NCBI RefSeq assembly: GCF_006345805.1
Contig: NC_043000.1
Location: 124,310,001 to 124,374,000, forward strand
From: Octopus sinensis
Taxonomy: Eukaryota
Direction: 5' to 3'
Length of the DNA: 64,000 nucleotides
Both the position numbers and the translations under genes were made by a program. Shown here piece by piece: positions 63,456 through 64,000 of this stretch; the stretch's first letter is position 1, and the number at the start of each line of letters is the position of its first letter. The notes below the pieces were generated by a model. The model saw only the letters and a list, made by a program, of their open reading frames with translations, did no database searches and had not been told where the DNA came from.

Positions 63456-64000
63456 CTAGAAAACAGTAAATAATTTTTAATATTTAACATTATTAAGTCA
63501 CATATCCTGGATACAAAAAGCATTTCATACAAATTAGATATCATATTTGATAGCATATAAGACACTTTTATTTAAAAAAAAAATCACCCTGGGTCTTATA
63601 AATGAAGTTGAATTTCTCATGAGCTTTAATGCATTAAAACCATTTTCCCCTGAATATGCACTGCTGAAATTAGGGTGCATCCAATATACCCATGTGTCTT
63701 TTTGGCTTTAAAATATGGTAAGTTATATATAACAACATTAGTCCAAATTGAAACCTGAGCATCCAAGCCAAAATATAAAACACAATATTTGTAAAGTAAA
63801 ATGAAAAGTATTTCCTTAAATTGGATAATCTTTCTGTTTTTATCCACTATAATTACTAGAAGCTACCAGAACAAACTGAAATGCCATGTTTTTAGTAGTA
63901 CTAAAGAGCTAAAAGAAACTTCTTTCCCTGAATTCTAATTAAAAATTATTCAGGTTGACATGTGTCTGCCCACTGGCATGTATTAGGATTAGAAATAATT

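Overview
AT-rich animal genomic DNA, inferred to be octopus/coleoid cephalopod from its very dense SINE families and long (TA)n/(CA)n/(CAT)n microsatellites. There are no prokaryotic features, no CRISPR array and no genuine tRNA or rRNA genes. One gene is securely identified: the last two coding exons of ADP-dependent glucokinase (ADPGK) on the minus strand (63455-63319 and 61680-61013). They have canonical splice sites, join in frame and carry the C-terminal GxGD motif. A second minus-strand gene probably starts in a CpG-rich domain near 38.6-38.9 kb and has a well-formed 107-nt coding exon at 35936-35830. I could not identify its product, and its other exons are only candidates. The rest is mostly transposon-derived: at least six SINE families; RTE, CR1-like and R4/Dong-like LINE remnants; a Gypsy pol remnant; a mariner remnant; hAT, piggyBac-like, pogo/Tigger and mariner MITEs; two non-autonomous Helitrons; and two probable Penelope-like remnants with decayed hammerhead-like motifs. 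I cannot claim a new biological system from sequence alone. The best leads are: (1) three long fold-back hairpins whose transition mismatches are all G-U wobbles on the minus strand; (2) a minisatellite apparently built from a Tc1/mariner terminal repeat; (3) a SINE with a variable internal tandem array; (4) a 5'-inverted CR1-like LINE; (5) a CpG-retention domain visible within a single repeat family. All translations and alignments were done by eye, and most repeat boundaries are approximate.
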